DNA from: Hypanus sabinus
Taxonomy: Eukaryota
Assembly (NCBI RefSeq): GCF_030144855.1
Contig: NC_082729.1
Span: 35,286,225 to 35,342,000, forward strand
DNA: 55,776 nucleotides
Direction: 5' to 3'
The notes under the pieces: model-generated
Database searches by the model: none
Seen by the model: only the letters and a program-made list of their open reading frames with translations
Told to the model about the DNA's origin: nothing
Translations under genes and position numbers: made by a program
Shown: one piece after another, positions 35,033 through 47,700 of the stretch
Numbering within the stretch: the first letter of the stretch is position 1
Layout: each line of letters starts with the position of its first letter

Positions 35033-35659
35033 GGTCAGTAATATTAAGCTTGCTTCTGATCTGCACTAACCTGTAGCTAATTAACCTCACAGTGTAACTT
35101 CTGATATTTCAGCCATCAGTCGGGTTACCAACTGTTCTTGGAACCCTCATGTGAATTGGGAGTGTCTGAAAGAACCGTTCCCCTGGTCAGTGGCCTCTCC
35201 TGAGCAGTGTAACCACCAAAGTCAGAGTAAATTTGTAATTTTTATTACAAGTTGTAAAATTAAAATCTGTTAAAGTTTAGTAAGGGCATCAAAGATCATG
35301 GGGAGAAGGCAGGAGAATGGGGTTGAGATTGACAATAAATCAGCTGCAATGGAATGGCCAGAGCAGACTCGATAGGCCAAATGGCCTAATTCTGCTTCCA
35401 TGCCTTGTGATTTAAATATATCATCAAAGTACATATATGCCACCAAATATCGCCTTGAGATTCATCTTCTTGCGGGTATTTACAGGAAAATAATTACAAT
35501 CAAATTTATGAAAACTACACATAAACATTGATCGACAACCAATGTGCAAAAGACAAATTGTGCAAATAAAAACATAAATAATACTGAGAATGAGCTGCAC
35601 AGTCCTTGAAGGTGAGTCTGTAGGTGTGAAATCAGTTCAATTACGTCCCTAAATAAAAC

Positions 35660-35925
35660 AATGGTGTGGACTGCTGCCCCACGCTCTACAGTAAAGACGA
35701 CCTGGGTTCAATTCCCATCATTGCCTGTAAGGAATTTGTACGTTCTCCTCATGAGTGTCTGGGTTTTGTCCGGGTGCTCTGGTTTCCTTCCACAGTCCAA
35801 AGGATGTACAGTTTGGAGGTTAATGGGTCATTGTTAATCCCATGATAAGGCTAGGATTAAATCGAAGGATTGCTGGGCAATGCGGCTCAAAGGGCCAGCA
35901 GGGCTTAGTCCATGCTGTATCTCAA
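35660..35925 (+). mobile_element. V-SINE/HE1-like SINE
   Basis: Box-B-like ctgggttcaattccc followed by the V-domain ctgtaaggaatttgtacgttctcc..gggtgctctggtttccttccaca; a second partial copy lies at 38330-38432. Confidence 0.75.
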
Positions 35926-36539
35926 AAAAAAATTTATCAACAATTGATTCAGCAGCCTGACGGTTGGGCGGTAATGACTGTTCCTGATGGTCATGTGGGC
36001 CTTGAGACTCCTGTACCTCCTGCCCAGTAGTAGTAATTAGAAGAGAGCATGGCCTGGATGGTTGAGGTCCATGATGATGGATGCTGCTTTCCTAGGTCTT
36101 CATCAACTGATCTAGGTTAGGAAACTCACTACACAACTCTTGATTAATCAAAGCTCGCACTTTATTGTCTCTGCACAAACTTAAAATATGAATTCTGTTG
36201 TTCCCTCTATACCAATACCCACTCAGACCACTTTTCCAATTTATAATACCTATATAGAGGATTTCCCATTGGCCTGACATCAGATCCTTTCCGCTCCCAG
36301 CCCCTGGAATGGTGATTCCTCATTGTGATGGTTAGTCTCCAGAGTTCTCACCATTTTGCATTTGAAGCTCTTAAGTCTTATAGTTTTCCTTGTCAGTTCA
36401 AATAATGCACTCCTGTCTTGGCTCGAGGTCTTCTGACTGGCCTATAACGGATGTAGTACAAGGGCTACACAACACCATGCCTTAGGCAACTTCATTTGTT
36501 TTCTTCAACTCTGGTTCAAACCAGTTCACCCAGAAACTG

Positions 36540-37020
36540 GGTAAAGATTAGAAACATAGAAAACCTACAACACAATACAGGCCCTTTGGCCTGCAAAGTT
36601 ATGCAAACATGTCCTTACCTTAGAAATGACCTAGGGTTACCCGTAGCCCTCTATTTTTCTGAGCTCCATATACCTGTCCAGGAGTCTCTTAAAAGACACT
36701 ATCGTATCTGCCTCCACCACCGTCACCGGCAGCCCATTCCACACAATCACCACTCGCTATGGAAAAAAAACTTACCCCTAACATCTCCTCCGTACCTATC
36801 TTCCAAGCAACTTAAAACTGTGCCCTCTCGTGCAAGCCACTCCAGACCTGGGAAAAAGCCTCTGACTATCCGCACAATCAATGCCTCTCATCATCTTCTA
36901 CACCTCTATCAGGCCACCTCTCATTCTCCGTCGCTCCTAGGAAAAAAGGCCGAATTCACTCAACCTATTCTCAAAAGGCATGCTCCCAATCCAGGCAACA
37001 TCCTTGTAAATCTCGTCTCA
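36540..37020 (-). mobile_element. CR1 3' fragment
   Basis: aacatagaaaacctacaacacaatacaggcccttt.. tail and the reverse-complemented RT C-terminus. Confidence 0.75.
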
Positions 37021-39959
37021 GATTACTTCTGCAAGAATGCCATCGTACACAATACATAATCTACCTATTATCTGAGTTCAATAGCGGAAACTCCTTGTGT
37101 CCGCATTCAATTGCTCTGATTAAGATATCCCACAGAAAGAATCAGTTCATCAAACTGTTCACAAAATGGAGGTTACAGAGGAGCTTCACAAAATAGCAAC
37201 CTCTATTCCTTCAAGCACATGGCAAGAACTTCCACTATCCTTGACGCATTCAAGTTCAATGTTTTATTCCATAATTTAATTCCTTCACGGCCAACAGCAG
37301 CACTCCTTATAAATGTTCTCAGTGGTGGGGAAGGCTTTACCTGTGATGGACTGAGCTGTGCCAACCACTTCCTGTGGACTTCTCCATTTTTATAGAGGAT
37401 TCTCAAAGTTTTTGATGACTTCTAAAACTTCTAAAACTTCTAAAAAATTAGAAATGCTGCAGTCCTTTCTTTTTGACAACACAATCTGCTGGTTCCAGCA
37501 CAGATTCTCTGATAAGGTAATGCCAAGGAATTGAGAAGTTACTGACCCTCTCCACCACTGATCCCCCAATGAGGACAGGCTCATGGACCTCTGATTTCCT
37601 CCTCCTGGATCAATAATCAGTTCTTTGATTTTGCTGAATTTGAATGAGAGGTTGCTGGTATAGCAGCATTCAACCAGATTTTTAATCTCGCTCCTATCTG
37701 CTGATTCATCAACGCCTTTGATTTAACCCCAAGTGTTGCATTTAATTCATTTCTTGAGAATCCGTGTGTCAATAGTAAGACCGACAGTTACCATTTATGA
37801 TGAACTTCCTTCTTTAACTATCTTGCTGGACCATGTCTCGGTGCTTTCAAAGTGTCCCATTCCAGCAGACTTTAGATTGCAGTCTTTCCCCATACTGCCT
37901 TTGCATGCCCCGAACTGCAGTGTGTCCCTCAACAGCATTCCCTTGCAGACACCTCAGTGACTTCACCATGCTTATCAGAGTTCAAAGTGAATTTATCATC
38001 AAAGTACATATATGTCGCCATAACCAACCCTGAGATTCAATTTTCTTCTCAATAAACCCATAATAGCATTGATTATTTCTCTCCAGCTCATCATGGCTCT
38101 CAATGTGGGATAAAGTGGATTCAAGACTTCATATTTTCAAATGCAAGAACCTCTGTTAAATGCCCAGGTAATACCTTCTTCAACTGAAGATGCATATTGC
38201 CATTAACTAGTGTGGAGTCTCCACAGGGCCTTCCTTGAAGAAAACACTTGCCCCTTTCATTTCAGTCACCTGCGGGCAGCACACTGTTGATCACATGTTA
38301 ATCACCCGAGCACACACAACCTTAAGAATGGGTAGCACGGTAGCATTACCAGCAACCTGGGTTCAATTCCCACTGCTGCCTGTAAGGAATTTTGTACAGT
38401 CTCCTCCTGACCGTATGGGTTTCCTCCCACATTCCAAATGCCATAAGACATTGGGGCAGAAAACAGCCCATCGAGTCTGCTCTGCCATTCCATCATGGCT
38501 GGTTTATTATCCCTCTCTCCATTCTCCTGCCTTCTCCCCAAAATATTTGAAGCCCTTGCTAATCAAGAACCTTTCAACCTCCACTTTAAATATGGCTTGT
38601 CCTCCACAGCTGTCTGTGGCAATGAATTACACAGATTCACCACCTTCTGGCTGAAGAAATTCCTAGAAGGTTAATTGCTGTTGTGGGTGTGATTGGTTGG
38701 CGTAGGCTCTTCAGACCTGAAGGGCTTCTTACTGTGCTGTTTCTCTAAACACAAATCAACAGTGATAGCTGTAGAGTGTGAGAGCATCACAGCACAGAAA
38801 CTGGCCCTTTGGCTCATCAATTTCATACCAAAAAGCATTTAAATTGCCTACTCCCATTGACCCTCAACCGGAACATAGCACTCCACACCAGCCCCATCAA
38901 AGTACTCACCCAAACTTCTCTTAAATGTTGAAATCAAACCTGCAATCACCACCTCCACTGGAAGCTTAATCCACACTTGTGCCATCCCGAGTGAAGATGT
39001 TGACTTGATACCTTACTGACCATCGGGGTATATCGCCCGTAAGTATACGAGATTCTGTAGATGCTGGAAATCTTGAGCCAAGTGCTGGAGGAACTGGGCA
39101 AGTCCCAGGGTGGGAATGGGGGCATAATTTTCAGGTGATTAAAAGTAAGTATAGTAGAGGGTATCAGAGGTTTGTGATTTTACACAGATGGTGATGGCTG
39201 CGTGGAATGTGCTGCCAGAACTGGTGGTAGAGGCAGATACATTAGGAGCATTTAAGAAACTCTTAGATTGGAACATGGGTGATATAAAATAGAGGTCTAT
39301 GTAAGAGACCTTTTATTGGTCTCTTTTATTAGACTGCTTTTTTACTACTATTTTTGCACTACTTCTTTAATAATCTAATATATATTATTACTGTAGTTCA
39401 TATTTTTTCTGTTATTATGTATCGCACTTTACTGTTGCAGCAAAGACAAATTTCACAAAATATGCCGATGATATTAAACCTAGGTCTGATTTTGGTAGAA
39501 ACAGGGTCTTTTGGCCCAACTCATCCAGGCCAACTAAATTTATCAGAATCAAGATTAATATCATCGGCATACGTTGTCAGATTTGTCTTTGCGGCAGCAG
39601 TACATTGCGGTACATAGTAATAAAAAACTGTAAATTATAGAAAGTAAGTAATTAAATTAAATAAGTGGTGTAAAAAGAGGGGAAAAAAAGTAGTGATGTA
39701 GTTTTTCAGGGTTCAATGTCCATTCAGAAATTGGATGGCAGAGGGGAAGAAGCTATTCCTGAATCATTGAGTGTGTGCTTCAGGCTCCTGTACCTCCTCC
39801 CTGATGATAGCAATGAGATGAGGGCATGTTCTGGGTGATGGGGGTCTTTAATGATGGTCGCTGGGGAGGCTAGTGCCCACGATAGATCTGACTGAGTTCA
39901 CAGCTTCCTGGAGCTTTTTCCAATCCTGTGCAGTAGCCCATACCAGACAATGATGTAGT

Positions 39960-40930
39960 TTGTTCTTATTACCTACTCTAAGATCGGTCTAACCCTTCCC
40001 TCCTGCACAGCCCTACATTTTCCTTTCATCTGTATGCCTCAGAGTCTTTTCAATATCCCTAATGGTTCTGCTTCTACCACCAAAACTGGCAGGGGATTCT
40101 TCACACTCACCATTTTCTGTGTTTTACAATGAAAACTTACACCTGAGATACCCCTTACACTTTCCTCCAAACACCTAAATTATGCCCCTTCAGATTAGTC
40201 ATTACTGCCCTGGGAAAAAGTCTCTGACTATCATTGCCTCTCATACACCTTTTTCAAATTGCCTCTCATCCTCCTTCACTCTGACACACTCAACCTATTC
40301 TCATAAGACACACTCCACAATCTCGGCAGCATCCTGGTAAATCTCCTCTGCACTCTCTCTGAAGCTTCCTTCCTATAGGAGGAGATCTGGACTGAACACA
40401 CTATCCATGGCCTCCTCTACTGTCAAGATGAAGCCGCACTCAGGTTGGAGGAACAACACCTTATATACTGGCTGGGTAGCCTGCAACCTGAAGGCATGAA
40501 CATTGTCTTCTCTAACTTCCATTAATGCCCCCCTCCCCTTCTTACCCCATCCAGGATATATTTAGTTTCCCCCCCCCCCACCTTCTTTCTCTCTCTCTCT
40601 CTCTGCCCATCAGTCTGCCTGTTCTCCATCTCCCTCTGGTGCTCCCCTCCCCCTTTCTTTCTCCCTAGGCCTCCTGTCCCATGATCCTTTCCCTTCTCCA
40701 GCTCTGTATCACTTCCGCCAATCACCTTTCCAGCTCTCAGCTTCACCCCACCCGCTCCGGTCTTCTCCTATCATTTCGCATTTCCCCCCTCCCCCCTCCT
40801 ACTTTCAAATCTCTTACTATCTTTCCTTTCAATTAGTCCTGACGAAGGGTCTTGGCCCAAAATGTTGGCTGTGCTTCTCCCTATAGATGCTGCCTGGCCT
40901 GCTGTGTTCCACCAGCATTTTGTGTGTGTT
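39960..40930. mobile_element. CR1 fragment (-) fused to a PLE end (+)
   Basis: CR1 reverse to ~40412, then tatccatggcctcctctactgtcaagatgaagccgcactcagg (GIY-YIG C-terminus) through the PLE terminus at ~40930. Confidence 0.75.
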
Positions 40931-41379
40931 ACACTATTCCAAATGTGGTTCAACCCGGGTTTTATAGAGCTGCAACAATACATATCAGCTCTTGAACTCA
41001 ATCCCTCGACTAATGAAAGCCAACATACCATATGCCTTCTTAACCACCATTTCAACTTGCATGGCAAATTGGAAGTTACCGGGGACATGGATCCAAAGGT
41101 CCCTCCGTCCTCCACAATACTAAGAATACTGCCATTAACCCTGTACTCTGCCTTCAAACTCAACCCTCCAATGTGAATCACTTCAGTTTCTGGGTCCAGC
41201 TCTGTATTCTACCAATGTCCTGTTGTAACTTACAACAACCTACTACACTGGGCACAACCATGTCATCGAGAGTAACAATTAATCCTGTTTGATATGGGGG
41301 AAAGTTACATTAAGTCAGCATATTGGAGTCAGTGCAAATTCTTTGCTGTGCAATCTCCTCAACAGTGTCAGTAATACCG

Positions 41380-41660
41380 TGTATCCGGACAGCACACACA
41401 AAATGCTGGAGGAATTCATCAGGACAGGCAGCATCTATGGAAAAGAGTCAACATTTTGGGCTGAAACCCTTCCACAGGACACCCCAGAACTCTGCTCCTC
41501 GTCTTTTCTTCTCCAGTCCTGCCGAAGGGTCTTGGCGCAAAACATCACCTGTTTACTCTTTTCCATAGACATGGCCTGGCCTGCTGAGTTCCTCCAGCAT
41601 TTTGTGTGTGTTGCTTTGGATTTCCAGCACCTGCAGATCTTCTCTTGTTTGCCTTGTGTC
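41380..41660. mobile_element. Two short PLE ends in inverted arrangement
   Basis: acacacaaaatgctggaggaattc.. (minus) and its reverse complement ..ctccagcattttgtgtgtgttgc (plus), separated by ~40 bp. Confidence 0.7.
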
Positions 41661-42209
41661 TGGATGATTGATTCGATATCTGCCATATATGACGATGAGT
41701 TGAAACCAGCGCAGGAGAGTTTTAAATTGGAAAACCGCTGCACTGGGGCAGATCCACTCTCTCAAACTTGAAAGTTCGGGACCAGTGGTATGAGTAGTTG
41801 TCATAATTGAGGTCTTCCTTCGTTACAGTAGACGACCATGCCCTTTCCTCTCCATGCAGTGTGGCCGTTGAATCTCACTGTTGACCTCATCCACTCATGG
41901 GCATTTTCCTGTCTCACTGTGGGATAAGGCCACCAGCTACCCTTACCTGGTTTAACCGGTCCATCGAAGCAATGTACTGGGGTGTGGCTGCTGTCACACC
42001 TATACAGCTTCTTGGAGCCACAGGTGAGAGCTGAGTTGTCAGTCGCGGACCAATGTGAGTGAGCTGCCCCAGAATGGACACGATAAGTTTCTTCACCAGC
42101 AGTGCTACCCCTTCCTGGACATCTCATACACCCCACTTTGTATCTGGTAAACATCAGAAAAGCTAACTAAGGCACACTATGCACACATGAACCTGGGTCA
42201 GGAGGACAT

Positions 42210-42780
42210 AACCATTAGACATTGGAGCAGAATTAGGCCATTCAGCCCATCATATCTACTTTGCCATTCCAGCATGGCAGATTTATCATCCCTTTCAACT
42301 CCATTCTCCTGCCTTCTCCCCATAATCTTTGACACCCTTACTAATCAAGAACTTATCAAGCTCAACTTCAAATATACCCTATAACTTCTCCTCCACAGCT
42401 ACCTGTAGCAATGAATTCCGCAGATTCACAACCCCCTGGCTAAAGAAATTCCTCCTCATCTCTGTTCTAAAAGGACATCTTTCTAATCTGAGTCTGAGCC
42501 CTCTGGTCCTAGACTCCCCACTATAGGAAACATCTTCTCCACATCCACTCTACCCAGGCCTTTCAATATTTAGTAGGTTTTGATGACATTTCCTCGCCCT
42601 TGTTCTGAACTGTAGTGAGTATAGACCCAGAGCATTCAAATGCTCGTCATACATTAACCCTTTCATTTCTGGGATCATTCTCGTGAACCTCCTTTGGAAC
42701 CTCTCCACTGTCAGTACATCCATTCTTAGCTTAGGTCCAAAACTGCTCACGATGCTCCAAGTGCGGACTGCCTAATCCCT
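42210..42780 (-). mobile_element. CR1 3' fragment
   Basis: VERFQRRFTRMIPEMKGLMYDEHLNALGLYSL. Confidence 0.8.
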
Positions 42781-42891
42781 TGTAAAGCAGTAGCATTAAA
42801 TCCTGAAATGTTACATACTGTTGTTGACTGGTGCTGCCTTAATTATTACACGGTCCATATCTTCATCATCCCTCTTCTCTTTTTTTCTCAG

Positions 42892-42968
42892 ACATCTGCT
42901 TACACTGTGAAGATCGCCTTCTGCATGTTGAACTTGACCAGTTGCCGAAGTCTGCCTCTGAAGCTTGA
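42892..42968 (+). CDS. Probable terminal cytoplasmic exon of the MHC-family gene
   Basis: Very strong polypyrimidine acceptor (tcttcatcatccctcttctctttttttctcAG) in non-repeat sequence; phase-1 frame DICLHCEDRLLHVELDQLPKSASEA* gives a 288-aa product; candidate AATAAA at 44084-44089. Confidence 0.55.
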
Positions 42969-43159
42969 AACTGAACTGTCGAATTCACAAACTGCTGGTG
43001 CTTGGATACCTGGTGACTGCTGTCTCCATTCTCGTCCGCCCGGCATGCATTGGAAATCACCTGCTCTTTACCTTGTGTTTAACCCATTTCAATTTGATTT
43101 CCTATTCCCATTCCTGCGCGGCAGAGTCAACATACGTCCCTACTAAAGGTGTGAGGTGC

Positions 43160-43385
43160 TCCTTCCCTCTGCTAGCCTGAAGGTGCATAAATCCTGATTT
43201 TGCAACCATTGACAATTGACAACAGCCTGGCAGACCATCTCTGGAGAGTATTGATAATGGTTGGAATCACTCGTTTTGTAAAACAACTCACCAGAAGAAA
43301 GCAATGGCAAACCACTTCTGTAGAATTTGCCAAGAACCTATGACCATGATCATCCACATCCTACAACATGGCACATGATGATCAT
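43160..43385 (+). mobile_element. RTE/BovB-like 3' end or derived SINE
   Basis: agaagaaagcaatggcaaaccacttctgtagaatttgccaag resembles the RTE/BovB 3' motif GGAAATGGCAACCCACTCCAGTATTCTTGCC; (catgat) tail. Confidence 0.5.
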
Positions 43386-43389
43386 AATT

Positions 43390-43925
43390 CCCACTCCCAC
43401 AACTTCCTCTACTCCCACGATGAGGTCAAACTCAGGTTGGAGGAGCAACACCTCATATTCTCTATGGGTAGCCTCCAATCTGATACCATAAATTTAGATC
43501 TTCTACTTTCAGGAAATTGTTTCCTCAACCTTTTCCTCATATATTCCACAATCTGGCTCCCCTCTTACCTCTTCCCTTATCACCTGCTCATTACTTACCT
43601 CTGGTGCTCCTTCTCTTTCCCTTCCCTCTGCGGTCAACTATTCTCTCCTATCAGATTCCTCCTTCTTTAGCTGTTTACTTTTCCACCTATCATCTCCCTG
43701 CTTCTCACTTCACCCCACCCCCCCACCCAACCACCTTTCTCTGACCTCACCTATGGCCTGTCAGCTTCTTCCTCTCCCCTCCCTTTCCTTCCCCTTCCTT
43801 TCCAGTCCTGATGAAGGCTCTCGGCCTGAAACATCAAGGGTTTATTTCCCTCCACAGATGCTGCCTAACCTGCAGAATTCCTCCATCATTTTGTGTGTGT
43901 TCTGGATTTCCAGCATCTCTTGTGC
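43390..43925 (+). mobile_element. PLE terminal fragment
   Basis: HDEVKLRLEEQHLIFSMGSLQSD; pyrimidine tract; tccagtcctgatgaaggctctcggcctgaaac end motif. Confidence 0.8.
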
Positions 43926-44149
43926 TTATGTTTAACTGCAGTGCTGGAGACCAGTGTTGTCAATGCCTGCAAAGAAGTTATCAAGAGGTGCTGAATCCTA
44001 CATCCTGAGGTAAAATTAACCTCTGAGCAAAATCTTTCTGTTGCCGCACATGCTTGTAAGAATGAAGAATGTTTGTAGATCCAAATAAAATCTGAACAAT
44101 ACACTTTGTCATCCAGCAGCAAGATTATTCAAGTTCAGAAAACTAAAAT

Positions 44150-44430
44150 ACACTCATTGGCCACTTTATTGGATGTCACTTGTATACTTGAGGTCTTCTA
44201 CTGCTATAGACAATCCTCTTCAAGGTTCTACATGCTGTACATTCAGAGATGCTCTTCTGCTCCCCACCGCTGTCATGCATGGCTATTTGAATTACTGTCA
44301 CCTTCCTGTCCGCTTGAAACAGTATGGTCATTCTCTTCTGAACTCTCACACTGACAAGGCATTTTCGCATAAAGAACTGACACTCACTGAATATTTTTTT
44401 CTTTTTCTTACCATTCTCTGTAAACTGTTG
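44150..44430 (-). mobile_element. Tc1-derived element fragment
   Basis: QKRMTILFQADRKVTVIQI..QKSISECTACRTLKRIVYSSRRP; TIR cactcattggccactttatt. Confidence 0.8.
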
Positions 44431-44784
44431 TGCGTGAAAATCCAACAGAGATCAAATTCCAAAGTAAATTTATCATCTAAGCACATATACGCCATATGTC
44501 AACCCTGGGATTTTTTCTTTTGCGGGCATAAAATAACCATACATGAATTAATGAATGACCACACCGACGTGGGGGAACAACCAATGTGCAAAAGACGACA
44601 AACTCTCCAAATACAAAAAGGAAGAAATGATAATAAATAAACAATAAATATCAAGAACAAGAGATGAAGAATTCTTGAAAATGAGTCCATTGGTTGTGAC
44701 AGCATTTACAATGATGGGGCAAGTGAAGTTATCCTGAGGATCCTGTACCACCTTCATGATGGCAGCAGCAAGAAGAAAGCATAG

Positions 44785-47700
44785 AACCATAGAACACTAC
44801 AGCGCGGTACAGGCCCTTCAGCCCTCCATGTTGTGCTGACTCATATAATCCTTTAAAAAGAAGTACTAAACCCACACTACCCCATAACCATTTTTCTTTC
44901 ATCCATGTGCCTGTCCAACAGGTTCTTAAATACCCCTAATGTTTTAGCCTCCACCACCATCACTGGCAAGTCATTCCAGGCACTCACAACCCTCTGTGTA
45001 AAAATCTTACCCCTGATGTCTCCCCTAAACTTCCCTCCCTTAATTTTGTACATATGCCCTCTGGTGTTTGCTATTGGTGCCCTGGGAAACAGGTACTGAC
45101 TATCCACCCTATCTATACCTCTCATGATCTTGTAGACCTCTATCAAGTCCCCTCTCATTCTTCTACGCTCCGAAGAGAAAAGTCCTAGCTCTGCTAACCT
45201 TGCTTCATATGACTTGTTCTCCAAACCAGGCAACGAACTGGTAAATCTCCTCTGCACCCTCTCCATAGCTTCCACATCCTTCCTATAATGAGGTGACCAG
45301 AACTGAACACAATACTCTAAGTGCGGTCTCACCGGAGATTTGTAGAGTTGCAACATGACCTCTCTACTCTTGAACTCAGTCCCCCTGTTAATGAAGCCTA
45401 GCATCCCATAGGCCTGCTTAACCACCCTATGAACCTGTGCAGCGATCTTGAGGGATGTATGGATTTGAGCCCCAAGGTCTCTTTGTTCATCCACACTTTT
45501 AAGTAACTGTCCATTAATCCTGTACTCAGTTTTCTGGTTTGTCCTTCCAAAATGCATCACCTCACACTTCACCAGATTGAACTCCACCTGTCATTTTTCT
45601 GCCCAACTCTGCAGCCTGTCTATATCCTCTTGTAACCTTCAACAACCTACAGCTCCATCCACAACTCCTCTAATCTTCATGTCATCCGCAACCTTACTCA
45701 CCCATCCTTCCGCCTCTATATCCAGGTCATTTATAAAAATCACAACTAGCAGGGGTCCCAGGACAGATCCCTGTGGCACTCCACTAGTCACCGACCTCCA
45801 GGCAGAATACTTTCCTTCCACAACTACCCTCTGCTTTCTTCCTTTAAGCCAATTTTTTATCCAAACAGGCAAGTTTCCACATCCCATGCCTCATGACTTT
45901 CTGGATGAGTCTCTCTTGAGGGACCTTGTCAAATGCTTTGCTAAAGTCCATGTAGACCTCATCCACTGCCCTACCCTCATCAATTTCATTTGTTACCTCT
46001 TCAAAAAACTCAATCAGGCTCGTGAGGCACGATCTTCCCTTCACAAAGCCATGTTGACTATCCATGAGTAGACTGCACTTCTCCAAATGCTCGTAGATCC
46101 TATCCTTTAGAATCCTTTCCAGTAGTTTGCAGACCACCGACGTAAGACTCACCGGTCTATAGTTCCCAGGTTTCTCCCTATTACCTTTTTTAAACAAGGG
46201 AACTACATTTGCCATTCTCCAGTCCTCCAGCACTTCCCCTGCAGCTAAAGAGGATTCAAAGATCATGGTTAATGCTCCTGCCATCTCTTCTCTCAATTCC
46301 CACAACAACGTGGGGTATATCATATCCAGTCCTGGGGATTTGTCAATCTTAATGTTTTTAAGAAGATCCAGCACTTCTTCCCTAATCTCCACATTATCCA
46401 GCACACAGGCCTGCTCTACTCCGACCTCATCTTGATCAAGATCCTTTTCACTTGTGAATACCGAAGCAAAGTATTCATTTAGGAGCTTCCCAACCTCCTC
46501 CGCCTCCAGGCACATGTTGCCCTCTTTATCCTTTAGCGGTCCCACCTTCGTTCTCGTCATCCTCCTATTCTTCACATACACATAGAACGCCTTGGGGTTC
46601 TCCTTAATCCTACACGCCAAGGCCTTCTCATGCCCCCTTTAAGCTCTCCTAAGTCCTTTCTTTAGCTCCTTCCTGGCTACCCTATATTTCTCATAAATCC
46701 CTCCTACTTCCTACTTCTTATATCTAACATATGCTTCCTTTTTCCTCTTGACGAGTTGACTCATGTGTTTCATCAGCCACAGTTCCCTTTTCCTACCATT
46801 TTTTCCTTGCCTCAGTGGGACAAACCTATCCTGAACCCAGCTCAAGTGGTCCCTAAACTTCTCCCACATTACTTCTGTGCTTTCCCCTTTGAACATCTGT
46901 TTTCAATTTACTCTCACTAGTTCCTGCCTCATCCCTTCAAAGTTAGTCCTTCCCCAGTTAAGCCCTTTACCATTTCATCTGATTTTATCCCTTTCCATAG
47001 CTATGCTGAAGCTAAGGGAGTTGTGGTCACTCTCACCAAAATGCTCCCCCACCAAGAGGTCTGTCACCTGACCAGGCTCATTACCCAGAACTAAATCCAG
47101 TATAGCCTCTCCTCTCATTGGCTGGTCCACATACTGTGTCAGGAATCCTTCTTGAACACACCTGACAAATTCAACCCCATCTATCCCCCTTGCACTCAGG
47201 AGGTGCCAGTCATAGGAACATAGAAAATAGGTGCAGGAGTAGGCTATTCGGCCCTTCAAGCCTGCACCGCTATTCAGTATGATCATGGCTGATCATCCAA
47301 CTCAGAACCCTGTACCTGCTTTCTCTCTATACCCCCGATCCCCTTAGCCACAAGGGCCATATCTAACTTCCTCTTAAATATAGCCAATGAACCAGCCTCA
47401 ACTGTTTCCTGTGGCAGAAAATTCCACAGATTCACCACTCTCTGTATGAAGAAGTTTCTCCTCATCTCAGTCCTAAAAGGCTTCCCCTTTATCCTTAAAC
47501 TGTGACCCCTCGTTCTGGACTTCCCCAACATCGGAAACAATCTTCCTGCATCTAGCCTGTCCAATCCCTTTAGAATTTTATACGTTTCAATAAGATCCCC
47601 CCTCAATCTTCTAAATTCCGGTGAGTATAAGCCTAGTCGATCCAGTCTTTCTTCATATGAAAGTCCTGCCATCCCAGGAATCAATCTGGTGAACCTTCTT

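Noticed and set aside
43802-43840. Sense hammerhead core in the putative 3' UTR as an active mRNA-cleaving ribozyme
   Set aside because: The core boxes and stem II are intact, but the stem III palindrome is mutated (ACAT) and the 3' arm (aaggg) cannot pair with cagtc, so it is probably inactive.
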